Shown piece after piece: positions 1 through 8,718 of a stretch of DNA of 48,302 nucleotides. Every line of letters starts with the position of its first letter. The stretch's first letter is position 1. The position numbers and the translations under genes were made by a program. This stretch comes from a virus (Duplodnaviria > Heunggongvirae > Uroviricota > Caudoviricetes). The notes under the pieces are model-generated. The model was not told the DNA's origin, searched no databases, and was given only the letters and a program-made list of their open reading frames with translations. Location of the stretch: the IMG/VR virus record IMGVR_UViG_3300045988_153358; one strand, given 5' to 3'.

Positions 1-119
1 GGGCGACTGGCGATTCTTTATTAGTGAGCCGGAAATTATTTCAGTTGAGGATTTACCTCCCGGCTGGGGATTACTTCACGTTGTTAACGGAAGAGTACGG
101 AAAGTACATGGATGGCCCA
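1..119. repeat. terminal direct repeat: bases 1-119 identical to 48184-48302; indicates circular or terminally redundant genome (likely assembly overlap)
   Basis: exact identity of the two window ends read directly. Confidence 0.9.
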
Positions 120-286
120 AGGGGAATTGCTGTTGGGGTAATCCTGACGATAAGCCATTTACTGGGAATAAGCAGGTTGAATGCGATTACATGTTATCTG
201 CATTAAGGCGCATGGAGCTAAGAGGACACCTTAATGAAATATATGACGGTGTAATTGTTAATAAGAAAGAAGGAAACGCGGCATGA
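2..286 (+). CDS. 3-prime portion of the wrap-around ORF that starts at 47954; hypothetical protein with PD-x12-EAK motif (possible PD-(D/E)xK nuclease)
   Basis: reading frame is continuous across the terminal repeat and stops at TGA 284-286. Confidence 0.45.
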   Translation, partial: GDWRFFISEPEIISVEDLPPGWGLLHVVNGRVRKVHGWPKGNCCWGNPDDKPFTGNKQVECDYMLSALRRMELRGHLNEIYDGVIVNKKEGNAA

Positions 287-690
287 CAACTTTAACCGAC
301 AAAGAAATGATTAAAGAAATCAAAGAGCGCATAGGCAGCCTGGACGTCCGAGACAATATTGAGCGCCGTGCTTATGAAATTGCACTGGCATCACTGGAAG
401 CAGAGCCGGTAGCGTGGGAATGCGGTGAAAACATAATCCTGTTTAACCCTGACACAGTTGAAGCATACGCAAAACGTGCGGAAATATCACCTAAACCTCT
501 ATTCTCCGCGCCGCCAACGGTGGTAGTGCCGGATGATGGGCGCGAAAAGTTCGAAGCACTTGTCAGGTTTCATGCGGGTGATAAAAACCATGAAACATTA
601 TTGATTCGTGCCAACGAAGGGATGAATTACCAGGACCCGAATGTTGATCTGGCGTGGATATTCTGGAAGTCCAGTCGTGAACATATATAA
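283..690 (+). CDS. hypothetical protein (135 aa)
   Basis: ORF track; AGGAA Shine-Dalgarno upstream of ATG. Confidence 0.55.
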   Translation: MTTLTDKEMIKEIKERIGSLDVRDNIERRAYEIALASLEAEPVAWECGENIILFNPDTVEAYAKRAEISPKPLFSAPPTVVVPDDGREKFEALVRFHAGDKNHETLLIRANEGMNYQDPNVDLAWIFWKSSREHI

Positions 691-1031
691 GCTGTAGTGA
701 GAATCCATGCGATTACGAGCAGTATTCAGATATTCAGAGCGGGTAATGAAGCACATACAACCGAAAACATGGCAGAAACTGGACTCTATGGGAGCTAAGT
801 TGGAGAAGATTACTCAACTTAAGCAGTGGCATATCGGCGAATATTATGGAAGTCCTGGTCGGGATGTTCGGTTGGTAAAAAGTTGAACATTGTTTTTTTA
901 TTGATCGATTAACCACGATATGAAGGTTTTTTTTATGGAAAAACCTTGTTTTAGATGGTAACTGGGTGTAGTGTTTCATTTAACGTAGTAAAACTGCGTT
1001 AAGCGATTACCGCGTAATTTGTTGCTTTATG

Positions 1032-1063
1032 AAGCCCTGCCTTTTTCGGCGGGGCTTTTTTTT
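1032..1063 (+). terminator. Rho-independent terminator-like hairpin immediately upstream of the lysis genes
   Basis: 10-bp GC-rich stem AAGCCCTGCC/GGCGGGGCTT (one mismatch) followed by a T-run. Confidence 0.6.
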
Positions 1064-1076
1064 AACGAGGATTTCA

Positions 1077-1472
1077 ATGTCAGCAGAACCAATTTCCGGT
1101 ACGGCCGTTGCTGCTGGTGGCCTGATGGGTGCCAGCGTTTTTGGTATTGCAACTGGTATTGATTACGGCGTTGTATTCGGGGCATTTGCTGGCGCTGTTT
1201 TCTATGTTGCTACAGCGGTGAATATTAGCCGTCTCAAGCTGATTGGCTATTTCTTTACATCGTTCATTGTTGGAGTGATTGGAGCGCCGTTAGTTGGCTC
1301 ATTTCTTGCCAAATGGACCAGCTACAACGATCGACCTCTTGATGCGCTTGGTGCGGTTATTGTGGCTGCATTGACAATTAAAATCCTCACGTTCGTAAAC
1401 AGCCAGGATCTCGGTAGCATCTTTGGAATGCTTTCCCGCTTACGTGGAGGGGGTTCAAATGGTAAGCAGTGA
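1077..1472 (+). CDS. putative holin (131 aa, about 4 hydrophobic segments)
   Basis: internal ATG with ACGAGGA Shine-Dalgarno after the terminator; hydrophobic helices; position before endolysin. Confidence 0.6.
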   Translation: MSAEPISGTAVAAGGLMGASVFGIATGIDYGVVFGAFAGAVFYVATAVNISRLKLIGYFFTSFIVGVIGAPLVGSFLAKWTSYNDRPLDALGAVIVAALTIKILTFVNSQDLGSIFGMLSRLRGGGSNGKQ

Positions 1473-1755
1473 CCCGTCAGCACTGATTAATGCGGTGCTT
1501 TGCACAGTAATAGTAATGGCGCTGATGCTTTATCAACGGAAAGACTCCAGGCATCGTCCATTTGTTTCCTTTCTGGCTTATATCTACGTCATTGTATACG
1601 CCAATGTTCCCTTCCGTTATGTGTTCGGTCTTTATCAAGAATCCCACTGGCTGGTGGTTATTGGAAATCTGATTATCTGCATCGTTGTTCTGTATTTCAG
1701 GGGCAATCTGGCGCGGATAGTTGACGCATTAGGATTTAATCATGACCAAAGATGA
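1459..1755 (+). CDS. putative second holin or antiholin-like membrane protein (98 aa)
   Basis: ATG with GGAGGG Shine-Dalgarno; hydrophobic segments; overlaps neighbours in the lysis cassette. Confidence 0.5.
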   Translation: MVSSDPSALINAVLCTVIVMALMLYQRKDSRHRPFVSFLAYIYVIVYANVPFRYVFGLYQESHWLVVIGNLIICIVVLYFRGNLARIVDALGFNHDQR

Positions 1756-2284
1756 GATTTTTAACAGCATTCTTGGAAAAGAGGGCGGCTATGTGGATCA
1801 CCCTGACGACAAGGGAGGCCCAACAAAGTGGGGCATTACTCAGAACACTGCCCGTGCTCATGGATACCGTGGCGATATGCGCGATTTAACCCGCGAACAG
1901 GCACTAGAAATCCTTGAGGCTGATTACTGGTACGGACCACGCTTTGATCAGGTGGCCGCATTATCCTCTGATATTGCCGCAGAGCTGTGTGATACCGGTG
2001 TGAATATGGGGCCAACAGTGGCGTCCAAAATGCTTCAACGCTGGCTGAATGTGTTCAATCTGCGTGGGAAGCTGTATCCCGATTTGGATGCAGATGGACG
2101 AATCGGTCCACGTACCATTAATGCGCTGCGTGCTTATCTTGGGAATCGGGGAAAAGACGGCGAACGGGTGATGCTGACGTCGCTGAACTGTACGCAGGGC
2201 GAACGCTATCTGGAGCTGGCGGAGAAGCGCGAGGCGAATGAGTCGTTTGTCTACGGCTGGATGAAAGAGCGAGTGGTGGTATGA
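1742..2284 (+). CDS. endolysin, GH108-type muramidase with peptidoglycan-binding region
   Basis: EGGYVDHPDDKGGPTKWGIT signature typical of GH108 lysozymes. Confidence 0.8.
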   Translation: MTKDEIFNSILGKEGGYVDHPDDKGGPTKWGITQNTARAHGYRGDMRDLTREQALEILEADYWYGPRFDQVAALSSDIAAELCDTGVNMGPTVASKMLQRWLNVFNLRGKLYPDLDADGRIGPRTINALRAYLGNRGKDGERVMLTSLNCTQGERYLELAEKREANESFVYGWMKERVVV

Positions 2285-2559
2285 CTGGTTTGAAGGCCGT
2301 TTTGTCATTTATTGGCACAATTATATTGGTTGCATTCGGCGCGTTTGGTTTTGGTCGTATGAAGGGGCGAGAAAAGGCCGAAGATGAAGCTGAAAAGCAG
2401 CGCATAAATGAGAATGCAGCCGCCGTAAAAGCCACTGCGGAGCGGCGTATAGAAGTGACAAAAGAGGTGGGCAATGTACAGCAGAGTGTTAACCATATGG
2501 CTGATGACGATGTTGATCGCGAGCTGCGGGAGTCGTGGAAGCGTCCCGGTGGTGGTTGA
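2281..2559 (+). CDS. i-spanin (Rz-like), N-terminal transmembrane helix
   Basis: N-terminal hydrophobic helix then charged coiled region; position after endolysin. Confidence 0.65.
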   Translation: MTGLKAVLSFIGTIILVAFGAFGFGRMKGREKAEDEAEKQRINENAAAVKATAERRIEVTKEVGNVQQSVNHMADDDVDRELRESWKRPGGG

Positions 2560-2683
2560 TACTGCCTGTGATTGGGTAAAGCCCATCTACCTGACTGATC
2601 ACGATATCGATGTTATGGACCGCCAGACAAAGAAAGATATTCTGGCTCATAACAGGGCATGGGAAATCAACTGCCCCAAGTAA
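2474..2683 (+). CDS. o-spanin (Rz1-like lipoprotein), overlaps the i-spanin in another frame
   Basis: signal peptide with lipobox-like LIASC; overlapping architecture typical of spanin pairs. Confidence 0.6.
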   Translation: MYSRVLTIWLMTMLIASCGSRGSVPVVVDTACDWVKPIYLTDHDIDVMDRQTKKDILAHNRAWEINCPK

Positions 2684-2852
2684 TATATATTTCTATAATT
2701 ATATAAATATATAGTTACAACATTCTATGCGCTTTTCTCATGGGCGCACGCATCAACCATGTTTGTCTGATATGCCGCCGCGCCCAAAAATCCTGAATTT
2801 ATTGGCTGGGATTTTCGTGCGCGGCGCCACACCAGACAAACAGATCAAATAT

Positions 2853-2928
2853 GGCCCCTTAGCTCAGTGGTTAGAGCAGGCGACTCATAATCGCACGGTC
2901 ATCGGTTCAAATCCGGTAGGGGCCACCA
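2853..2928 (+). tRNA. tRNA with anticodon CAT (Met elongator type, or Ile if lysidine-modified), includes 3-prime CCA
   Basis: cloverleaf folded by hand: 7-bp acceptor stem GGCCCCT/AGGGGCC, D-arm GCTC/GAGC, anticodon loop CTCATAA, T-arm ATCGG/CCGGT with TTCAAAT loop. Confidence 0.85.
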
Positions 2929-3236
2929 ATTCACTCTCACACATAAAGATAAGCGCGGTGGAGTTACTTCCTTCGTGCTCATCTTTATGCGTGCCTGGTG
3001 CGCATTTCGGGCGAACGTGGGGCTAAGTTACAGGCAGGGCCTGTTATCCGCAAAGGGGTAAAAGCTGGAGCGGCACGGAACTGTAGCCGTGTTACCAAAA
3101 CAGCGTTGTCGGGCGATATCCGGCACACAACAGGCAAGGGCATTAATCAGTCTGGTTAGTGCCCTTTTCGTTGCGTCTGCTGTAGAGCTGGCCAGCGTTA
3201 TGACTGCCGGAGATAAGCGCCGGAGGCACAACTAAC

Positions 3237-3824
3237 ATGGAGGCAATTGCATTGTTTAATCTGATTTATGCAGATCCCCCCTGGGAATACAAAGATAAGT
3301 GTAAGGATGGGAATCGTGGAGCTGGTTTTAAGTATCCAACGATGAAAGCTGAGGATATTGCTCGTATTCCTGTCTGGCAGCTTGCTAATCCTGAATCGTG
3401 TTTGTTGGCCATGTGGTGGGTTCCGACTCAGCCAGAAGAAGCGTTGCTGGTGGTGAAAGCATGGGGATTCAGGCTTATGACCATGAAGGGCTTCACATGG
3501 AACAAATGTGGTAGCCGACAACCAGATAAGCTGGTGATGGGGATGGGGCATATGACTCGTGCAAACAGTGAAGATTGCTTGTTTGCGGTAAAAGGCAAAT
3601 TGCCGACCCGCCTTGATGCGGGGATCATTCAGTCGTTTACATCGCCTCGTCTGGAGCATTCTCGGAAGCCTGATGTGGTTCGTGACAAGCTGGTAAGGCT
3701 GTTAGGTGATGTTCCTCGTATTGAGCTGTTTGCTCGCGGTGATTTACCTGATGGTTGGCATGGCTGGGGCAACCAGTGCAATGGAGGTATCCAGTTGCAT
3801 GATGCTCTCTGGCAAGTGGCATAG
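3237..3824 (+). CDS. MT-A70 family N6-adenine DNA methyltransferase
   Basis: DPPW catalytic motif (IYADPPWEY). Confidence 0.8.
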   Translation: MEAIALFNLIYADPPWEYKDKCKDGNRGAGFKYPTMKAEDIARIPVWQLANPESCLLAMWWVPTQPEEALLVVKAWGFRLMTMKGFTWNKCGSRQPDKLVMGMGHMTRANSEDCLFAVKGKLPTRLDAGIIQSFTSPRLEHSRKPDVVRDKLVRLLGDVPRIELFARGDLPDGWHGWGNQCNGGIQLHDALWQVA

Positions 3825-3936
3825 AATTATATAATTATAGATTTATATAAAAAGTGCTTTACAGGTGGGAAAAAATTTCCTATGGTTATACCCGAAACCG
3901 AGCGATACCCGCCCTGGTTAAACCGGAGATAACCCG
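3821..3936 (+). promoter_or_regulatory. promoter-leader cassette copy 1: AT-rich upstream element, TTTACA, 17-nt spacer, TATGGT, conserved leader with GGAG ribosome-binding site
   Basis: 118/119 identical to 35286-35404 and about 100 nt identical to 44816-44918. Confidence 0.7.
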
Positions 3937-4206
3937 ATGAAAGTACAAGACCGTGAAGTAGTAAAAAACCTCCTGCAATACCTGACCTCAAAAAACCTGA
4001 CGGGCAGCGTTGAGTTCCGTGAAGCGTTAAAACATTTCAACGTCACTACGGTTTATCGTTGGGAAAACAAACATTCTGAAAGACCGTATGTGGTGGATGT
4101 TTTTGCGCCTGATATTGAGTGCGGTTTTGAGCGCCATTCATTCAAAAAGAAACATTCCGCTGATGTTTTTTGTGAGGTTGTATGTGCGGCAGGAGATGAT
4201 GAGTGA
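3937..4206 (+). CDS. hypothetical protein (89 aa), first gene after cassette copy 1
   Basis: ORF track; conserved leader and ribosome-binding site. Confidence 0.6.
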   Translation: MKVQDREVVKNLLQYLTSKNLTGSVEFREALKHFNVTTVYRWENKHSERPYVVDVFAPDIECGFERHSFKKKHSADVFCEVVCAAGDDE

Positions 4207-4403
4207 TGCGTATTTCCTTCAAACGTGCGACTGAGCAGCAACGCAAAGAGTTCCTGGCTGATGATGTTGCGGCCGTTTATGACCTCATGAAAGAGGTTGT
4301 GGAATCAGGAAACTACACGGCGGCAAAGATGCTTAAACTGCAATTCTTGCTGGGCGACCTGAAATACAAATCCGAAGTTGTCGCCGGACGACGCGAGCAT
4401 TAA
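4203..4403 (+). CDS. hypothetical protein (66 aa)
   Basis: ORF track; start overlaps upstream stop. Confidence 0.5.
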   Translation: MMRISFKRATEQQRKEFLADDVAAVYDLMKEVVESGNYTAAKMLKLQFLLGDLKYKSEVVAGRREH

Positions 4404-4426
4404 ACCGTAACGATAACGAACAACGA

Positions 4427-4452
4427 GCCTCGGCAATTGCCGGGGCTTTTTT
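4427..4452 (+). terminator. Rho-independent terminator
   Basis: GCCTCGGC/GCCGGGGC stem then TTTTTT. Confidence 0.6.
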
Positions 4453-4477
4453 ACATCCAGACAAAGGAGAACATGGG

Positions 4478-4933
4478 ATGCCTTCGACAAGCACCAAAAA
4501 AGAAATGGCGGTTAGTGATGTGCTTTACGCGCTTTCGACTATATGTGACGGAGCAATGATGAGGATGAAAGTCCTCCATGAAGCATACGGAAAAAGTCAC
4601 GATGAGGCAGCTAAAGAATGCCTGAATGAGATTGTGGACTTCATTGATAGCCATCGGTCGCTGATAGCTCTCGATAACCATCCGCAAGCCGAAGAATGCC
4701 AGAAGCGCGAGTATAAAACGATATATGGGAATAAGTTCTTCTGTCTAAGCGAGTTGGCTGCAAAGGTGGCCGACATTCTGGAGAACAACGGCGGTCGAAT
4801 GCATCAGGTTAGCTATCTGGCTGAATATGAATCTCTAATCATGTTAGTTGATCATTTAGTTGATACAGGAGCTTTACAGCTCAACTGCCTAAGGCTATCT
4901 GGTCACCCGATAAAAATGAATGGAAGGATATAA
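4478..4933 (+). CDS. hypothetical protein (151 aa)
   Basis: ORF track; AGGAG 8 nt upstream of ATG. Confidence 0.6.
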   Translation: MPSTSTKKEMAVSDVLYALSTICDGAMMRMKVLHEAYGKSHDEAAKECLNEIVDFIDSHRSLIALDNHPQAEECQKREYKTIYGNKFFCLSELAAKVADILENNGGRMHQVSYLAEYESLIMLVDHLVDTGALQLNCLRLSGHPIKMNGRI

Positions 4934-4935
4934 CC

Positions 4936-5142
4936 GTGGACTTGCCTGGTGATTTGTTCTGGTTACCGCTTCCAATAAGAGATTTGTTGGTATTTCTGGC
5001 TGGCGCTTACGTCTGGAGAAAAGCGAAAGACACCTCGTTATCTTTGAGGTTTGTCTTGGCTATATCGATAGGAAACGCAATTGGTACGGCGTATCTCTTG
5101 ATATTACTGGAGGTATTCATTGGAAAATGGATAGTTTCATGA
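4936..5142 (+). CDS. small membrane protein (68 aa), GTG start
   Basis: GGAAGGA Shine-Dalgarno; two hydrophobic segments. Confidence 0.45.
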   Translation: MDLPGDLFWLPLPIRDLLVFLAGAYVWRKAKDTSLSLRFVLAISIGNAIGTAYLLILLEVFIGKWIVS

Positions 5143-5291
5143 ATGGTGTTGGCATTTTTCTGATGGTTGTGGCCGTGTGTTTTTGTATCTCGCTGGTGGT
5201 TATCGCTGGTGTCCTGTGGCGCATCTTAGTGGCGCAGAGGGCTTTTCGGCTTAAGCGGGAGCAAATGCGCCTTGATTTATATCGAAAGTAA
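5139..5291 (+). CDS. small hydrophobic peptide (50 aa, one transmembrane helix and basic C-terminus); below the ORF-track cutoff
   Basis: ATG overlaps upstream TGA (ATGA); translation MNGVGIFLMVVAVCFCISLVVIAGVLWRILVAQRAFRLKREQMRLDLYRK; terminator follows. Confidence 0.4.
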   Translation: MNGVGIFLMVVAVCFCISLVVIAGVLWRILVAQRAFRLKREQMRLDLYRK

Positions 5292-5299
5292 CTCTTACA

Positions 5300-5325
5300 G
5301 CCTCGCGGTGTCGCGGGGCTTTTTA
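5300..5325 (+). terminator. Rho-independent terminator
   Basis: GCCTCGCG/CGCGGGGC stem followed by TTTTT. Confidence 0.6.
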
Positions 5326-5340
5326 TTTTCAGGTGATGTT

Positions 5341-5751
5341 ATGGAAAAGAAAGAAGATAAACCGATTGCCATTGGTGCAGAGTCTGTTCCGTTTAAGTTT
5401 GAATTATCCCAACTGGTAACAATGCGTATCAGTGAAGAGTGGGGAGAAGTTCAAGCCCGTGCTCAGTATGCAAATGGCGAAAACCAGTATCTGATTCACT
5501 ATCAGGCGGCTGATGGCCGTGCTACCACAGAGTGGTTCGGTGAGTCGATGCTGATTGCGATGGAGGATAAACGTCATCCTGGCTGCCCTGTTTTTGCCTG
5601 TATTGATTTGCCAGAAGGCGCGGTACTTGAAGACGACAAAGAAGAATGGTCGCCTGATGGCGAACTTGTCATTACCGGAATCGTGGATGGTAAGCCGGAA
5701 TATTCCCGTATTGAGGTAAATAACGGCCACATCTGTTTGATCCCTGCGTAA
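5341..5751 (+). CDS. hypothetical protein (136 aa)
   Basis: internal ATG with AGGTGA Shine-Dalgarno downstream of the terminator. Confidence 0.55.
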   Translation: MEKKEDKPIAIGAESVPFKFELSQLVTMRISEEWGEVQARAQYANGENQYLIHYQAADGRATTEWFGESMLIAMEDKRHPGCPVFACIDLPEGAVLEDDKEEWSPDGELVITGIVDGKPEYSRIEVNNGHICLIPA

Positions 5752-5985
5752 CGCATTACAGCAGCTCTTGTGCTAATCAGGGGCTGCGATAATGCGCAAA
5801 CCAAAGCTGCCTCATTAACTCCAGCTCGCTGTGGAGTTAATGCTGGTGGCTTTTTTATTACTGGAAGGTGGGCGACCGCCGTCAGTTGCGACCTGACGAC
5901 AGTCATTCATACCCACAGGGTGCCGTGGATACAAACCGAGGCCCACTTGCTTGCACAAGCGAGGGGATTTTAGCGGATAAACGGC

Positions 5986-6609
5986 ATGACAAAACATCTT
6001 AATGTGGTTTCTTTACCACTTTCTGTGTTGATTGGTTATGAAAAGAACGCTCGCACACACTCCGTGGAGCAGGTAGATCAGATTGTTGCCAGCATACAGG
6101 AGTACGGATGGACTAATCCGATCCTGATAGACGAGAACAACGTTGTAATTGCTGGTCATGGTCGAATTGCTGCGGCCACTCAGTTGGGGATGGATGATGT
6201 TCCCTGCATTGTTCTGGCTGGGCTAACGGAGAATCAGAAGAAGGCATATCGTCTGGCCGACAACCGTATTCCGCTGAATGCTGGTTGGGATGAAGAGTTG
6301 TTAAGCGCGGAGCTTGCAGATCTTGCGGCCGATGATTTTGCTCTGGACTCAATTGGTTTTACTCAGCGCGAACTGGATAACTTATTGAGTGCGGCGGTCT
6401 ACGATGACACAGAGGGTATGGATATCCCATTTGAGAAGGATGAGGCCAAATCAGGCGTAAAAGTTCAGTACCTGTCATTTGGAGGTCATAAAATCCCGGC
6501 AACGGATGAGGAAGCGGATCGTTTTGACTGCGCGGTGTCTCGTTATGTTGATGATAATGGCAGCTATATCGGATTTGTATCCGCATTGCTGGCTGGGGAG
6601 GTGTGCTGA
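5986..6609 (+). CDS. ParB-like nuclease domain protein (copy 1)
   Basis: ParB N-terminal domain motifs (IAGHGR, KKAYRLADN); paralog of 9275-9865. Confidence 0.75.
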   Translation: MTKHLNVVSLPLSVLIGYEKNARTHSVEQVDQIVASIQEYGWTNPILIDENNVVIAGHGRIAAATQLGMDDVPCIVLAGLTENQKKAYRLADNRIPLNAGWDEELLSAELADLAADDFALDSIGFTQRELDNLLSAAVYDDTEGMDIPFEKDEAKSGVKVQYLSFGGHKIPATDEEADRFDCAVSRYVDDNGSYIGFVSALLAGEVC

Positions 6610-7982
6610 TGCTTCACCTGAATTACGACATAACGCACCTACGCGGCGCGGAATATAACCCGCGTTTTATCGGTGAGGATGATCTTGCGAGGCTGGCGGA
6701 AAGCGTCAGGGAGCTGGGGCTTGTGAAGCCATTGATAGTGCGCGGCGATTTGCTGGTGGCGGGACACCAAAGGACGAAGGCGCTACGTAAGTTGGGAATA
6801 ACGCGTGCTGCGGTGTATGTGTTGCCCTGTGAAACGACGGTATACGACGAAGTACGGTTTAACCAACTGCATAACGGAACGGATTTTGATAGCGGAGATG
6901 AGCGTTGCAGGGTGTCCGGTCTGGAAGATAAGCATGGTTTTGTTCAGGTATCGGCAAGCCAGATCTCAGGCAATATGCGCGCGAAAATGGCATATGTTCG
7001 AAAGAACATAGCGGAACTGGTTATCAAGTATGGTCCGTGGGGTGGTTGTGTTGCTACTCAGTCTGGTGAGGTTATTCACTGTGCTCAGTATGCATTAGCA
7101 GCGAAAATGACGCGCACACCGCTAACGGTGTTTGTGATCCCTGATGTTGAGAAGGAAAAATACCAAAGTTATCTGAATAAAACTTATGGTGTATTTGAGT
7201 ATTCTCATCTGGAGAAAACAACATACATCCAGACGTATGCGCAGCTTATGCGGTTGCGTAATGGTGGCAGCCTGAAATCAAACCTGTATGAGTCGTTGAT
7301 CCTCCCGATCATTGCCAAGACGCCAAGAGGAATTGATTTTGGTTCGGGGCAGGGAGACTACGCGCGAATGCTCAGGGCAAAGGGATATAACCTGCATGAT
7401 CTCGAGCTTTTCCGCCGTAAGGGCGCTGGAAACACTCTGGATAGGACCGCAACAAACCGGATGATTGATACGCTGGTGGACGACTTAAAAACGCGAGGGC
7501 GTTACGACTACGTGATTTGCGATAGCGTTTTGAACTCGGTCGATAGTGTCGAGGCTGAATGGTCTGTTCTGACGGTTCTGAAAGGCCTGTGTAAAGCTGG
7601 TGGGTCAATATTCTTTTCTGGTCGTAGCCGTGGAGAGCTGGAAACAGTCCTGAAGCAAACACAAGCGGCGAGTTCCAAAAGCCGGCTTTATTTTATTGAT
7701 CATAACGGTTTTACCGCGTTGTACCGGAAGGGGCACTGGTTTTACCAGAAGTTTCACTCTGATGATGAAGTGAAGCAGTTGTGTCGTGTACATGGTTTCA
7801 GGATTAAGCGGTCAATATTCAACTGTAAGAGCTGGTATTTGCACGTCATTAACGATGATTCCCTTAGTTGGGCGAGTCTGGAGAAAGCTGTTCGTTTTGA
7901 GTTTGAGTTGCCGTTGCCTGGTGGTTCAACAATCGGACGATCTGATGATGTGCTGGCGGCTTTCCGGCCGCTGATTAAGTAG
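6609..7982 (+). CDS. ParB-like N-terminal domain fused to a class I SAM-dependent methyltransferase-like domain
   Basis: N-terminal LVAGHQR ParB-like motif; downstream DFGSGQG, DYVICDSVL and LCKAGGSIFFS resemble methyltransferase motifs I-III; no DPPY/NPPY motif. Confidence 0.6.
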   Translation: MLHLNYDITHLRGAEYNPRFIGEDDLARLAESVRELGLVKPLIVRGDLLVAGHQRTKALRKLGITRAAVYVLPCETTVYDEVRFNQLHNGTDFDSGDERCRVSGLEDKHGFVQVSASQISGNMRAKMAYVRKNIAELVIKYGPWGGCVATQSGEVIHCAQYALAAKMTRTPLTVFVIPDVEKEKYQSYLNKTYGVFEYSHLEKTTYIQTYAQLMRLRNGGSLKSNLYESLILPIIAKTPRGIDFGSGQGDYARMLRAKGYNLHDLELFRRKGAGNTLDRTATNRMIDTLVDDLKTRGRYDYVICDSVLNSVDSVEAEWSVLTVLKGLCKAGGSIFFSGRSRGELETVLKQTQAASSKSRLYFIDHNGFTALYRKGHWFYQKFHSDDEVKQLCRVHGFRIKRSIFNCKSWYLHVINDDSLSWASLEKAVRFEFELPLPGGSTIGRSDDVLAAFRPLIK

Positions 7983-7998
7983 TGTGTAGGAGGCGCTG

Positions 7999-8718
7999 GT
8001 GGCTGACAGAATTGAGATAAAGATGGATTTTTCTTCTCAGGATATTCAACGGCAACTCCAGCGCATTGAAGAACGCGAATTGCCGTTCGCAATGGCGCTT
8101 ACAGCAACCAGAACGGCAAAGGCTTCTCAGGCTGCGATTAAGGATGAAATTAATCGGGTATTTGACAGGCCCACGCCGTGGATTCAGAACTCTACTTACG
8201 TTTTAGCCGCAAAGAAGAGTGATCCTACAGCCATTGTGTATGCTCGTGAATGGGGTGGAACGCCAGCCCCTGTAACGTTGACTCCGCAAATCGAAGGCGG
8301 CCAACGACAGTACAAACGCTCAGAAGGGGCGCTAAGGGCTGGTGGATATTTGCCTAACGGCTGGCAGCTTGCTCCTGGTCCCGGCGCAAAGCTGGACAAA
8401 TACGGGAATATTTCGCGGGGGCAATTACAGCAGGTCTTATCTGGCCTAAGAGTTCAGCGAGATGCGCATCAAAATCGCCGTCAGGGCAAGCCTACGGAGT
8501 TTTTTGTTGTTCGACCTGGTACAAGTAACCCGCTTCAACCAGGCGTCTGGCAGCGCGTTGGGCGGCGTCCTACGTTGATCCTTACGTTCATCCAGCAACC
8601 TAACTATTCGCAGCGTCTTGATTGGCATGGCGTGGCGCTGCGTGCTGGTGAGGATGCGTTTGCTGATGAAGTCACAAAGGCTATTGATGACATCCTTTCT
8701 AAGACGTTCTCTCGTTAA
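7999..8718 (+). CDS. hypothetical protein (239 aa), GTG start
   Basis: ORF track; TAGGAGG Shine-Dalgarno. Confidence 0.55.
   Translation: MADRIEIKMDFSSQDIQRQLQRIEERELPFAMALTATRTAKASQAAIKDEINRVFDRPTPWIQNSTYVLAAKKSDPTAIVYAREWGGTPAPVTLTPQIEGGQRQYKRSEGALRAGGYLPNGWQLAPGPGAKLDKYGNISRGQLQQVLSGLRVQRDAHQNRRQGKPTEFFVVRPGTSNPLQPGVWQRVGRRPTLILTFIQQPNYSQRLDWHGVALRAGEDAFADEVTKAIDDILSKTFSR

Noticed and set aside
1-119. Terminal repeat as a biological direct terminal repeat or cos site
   Set aside because: The duplication is exactly at the window ends, lies inside a coding region and is the length of a typical assembler k-mer overlap, so an assembly artefact marking circularity is more likely.
24-206. 60-aa ORF in the ORF track
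   Set aside because: It lies out of frame inside the continuation of the wrap-around gene (frame from base 2 to 286), which is the better-supported reading.
734-979. 81-aa minus-strand ORF
   Set aside because: It sits in an AT-rich noncoding stretch with no ribosome-binding site and a low-complexity translation; more likely a regulatory spacer upstream of the lysis genes.
2727-3026. 99-aa ORF
   Set aside because: It overlaps the well-folded tRNA gene at 2853-2928.
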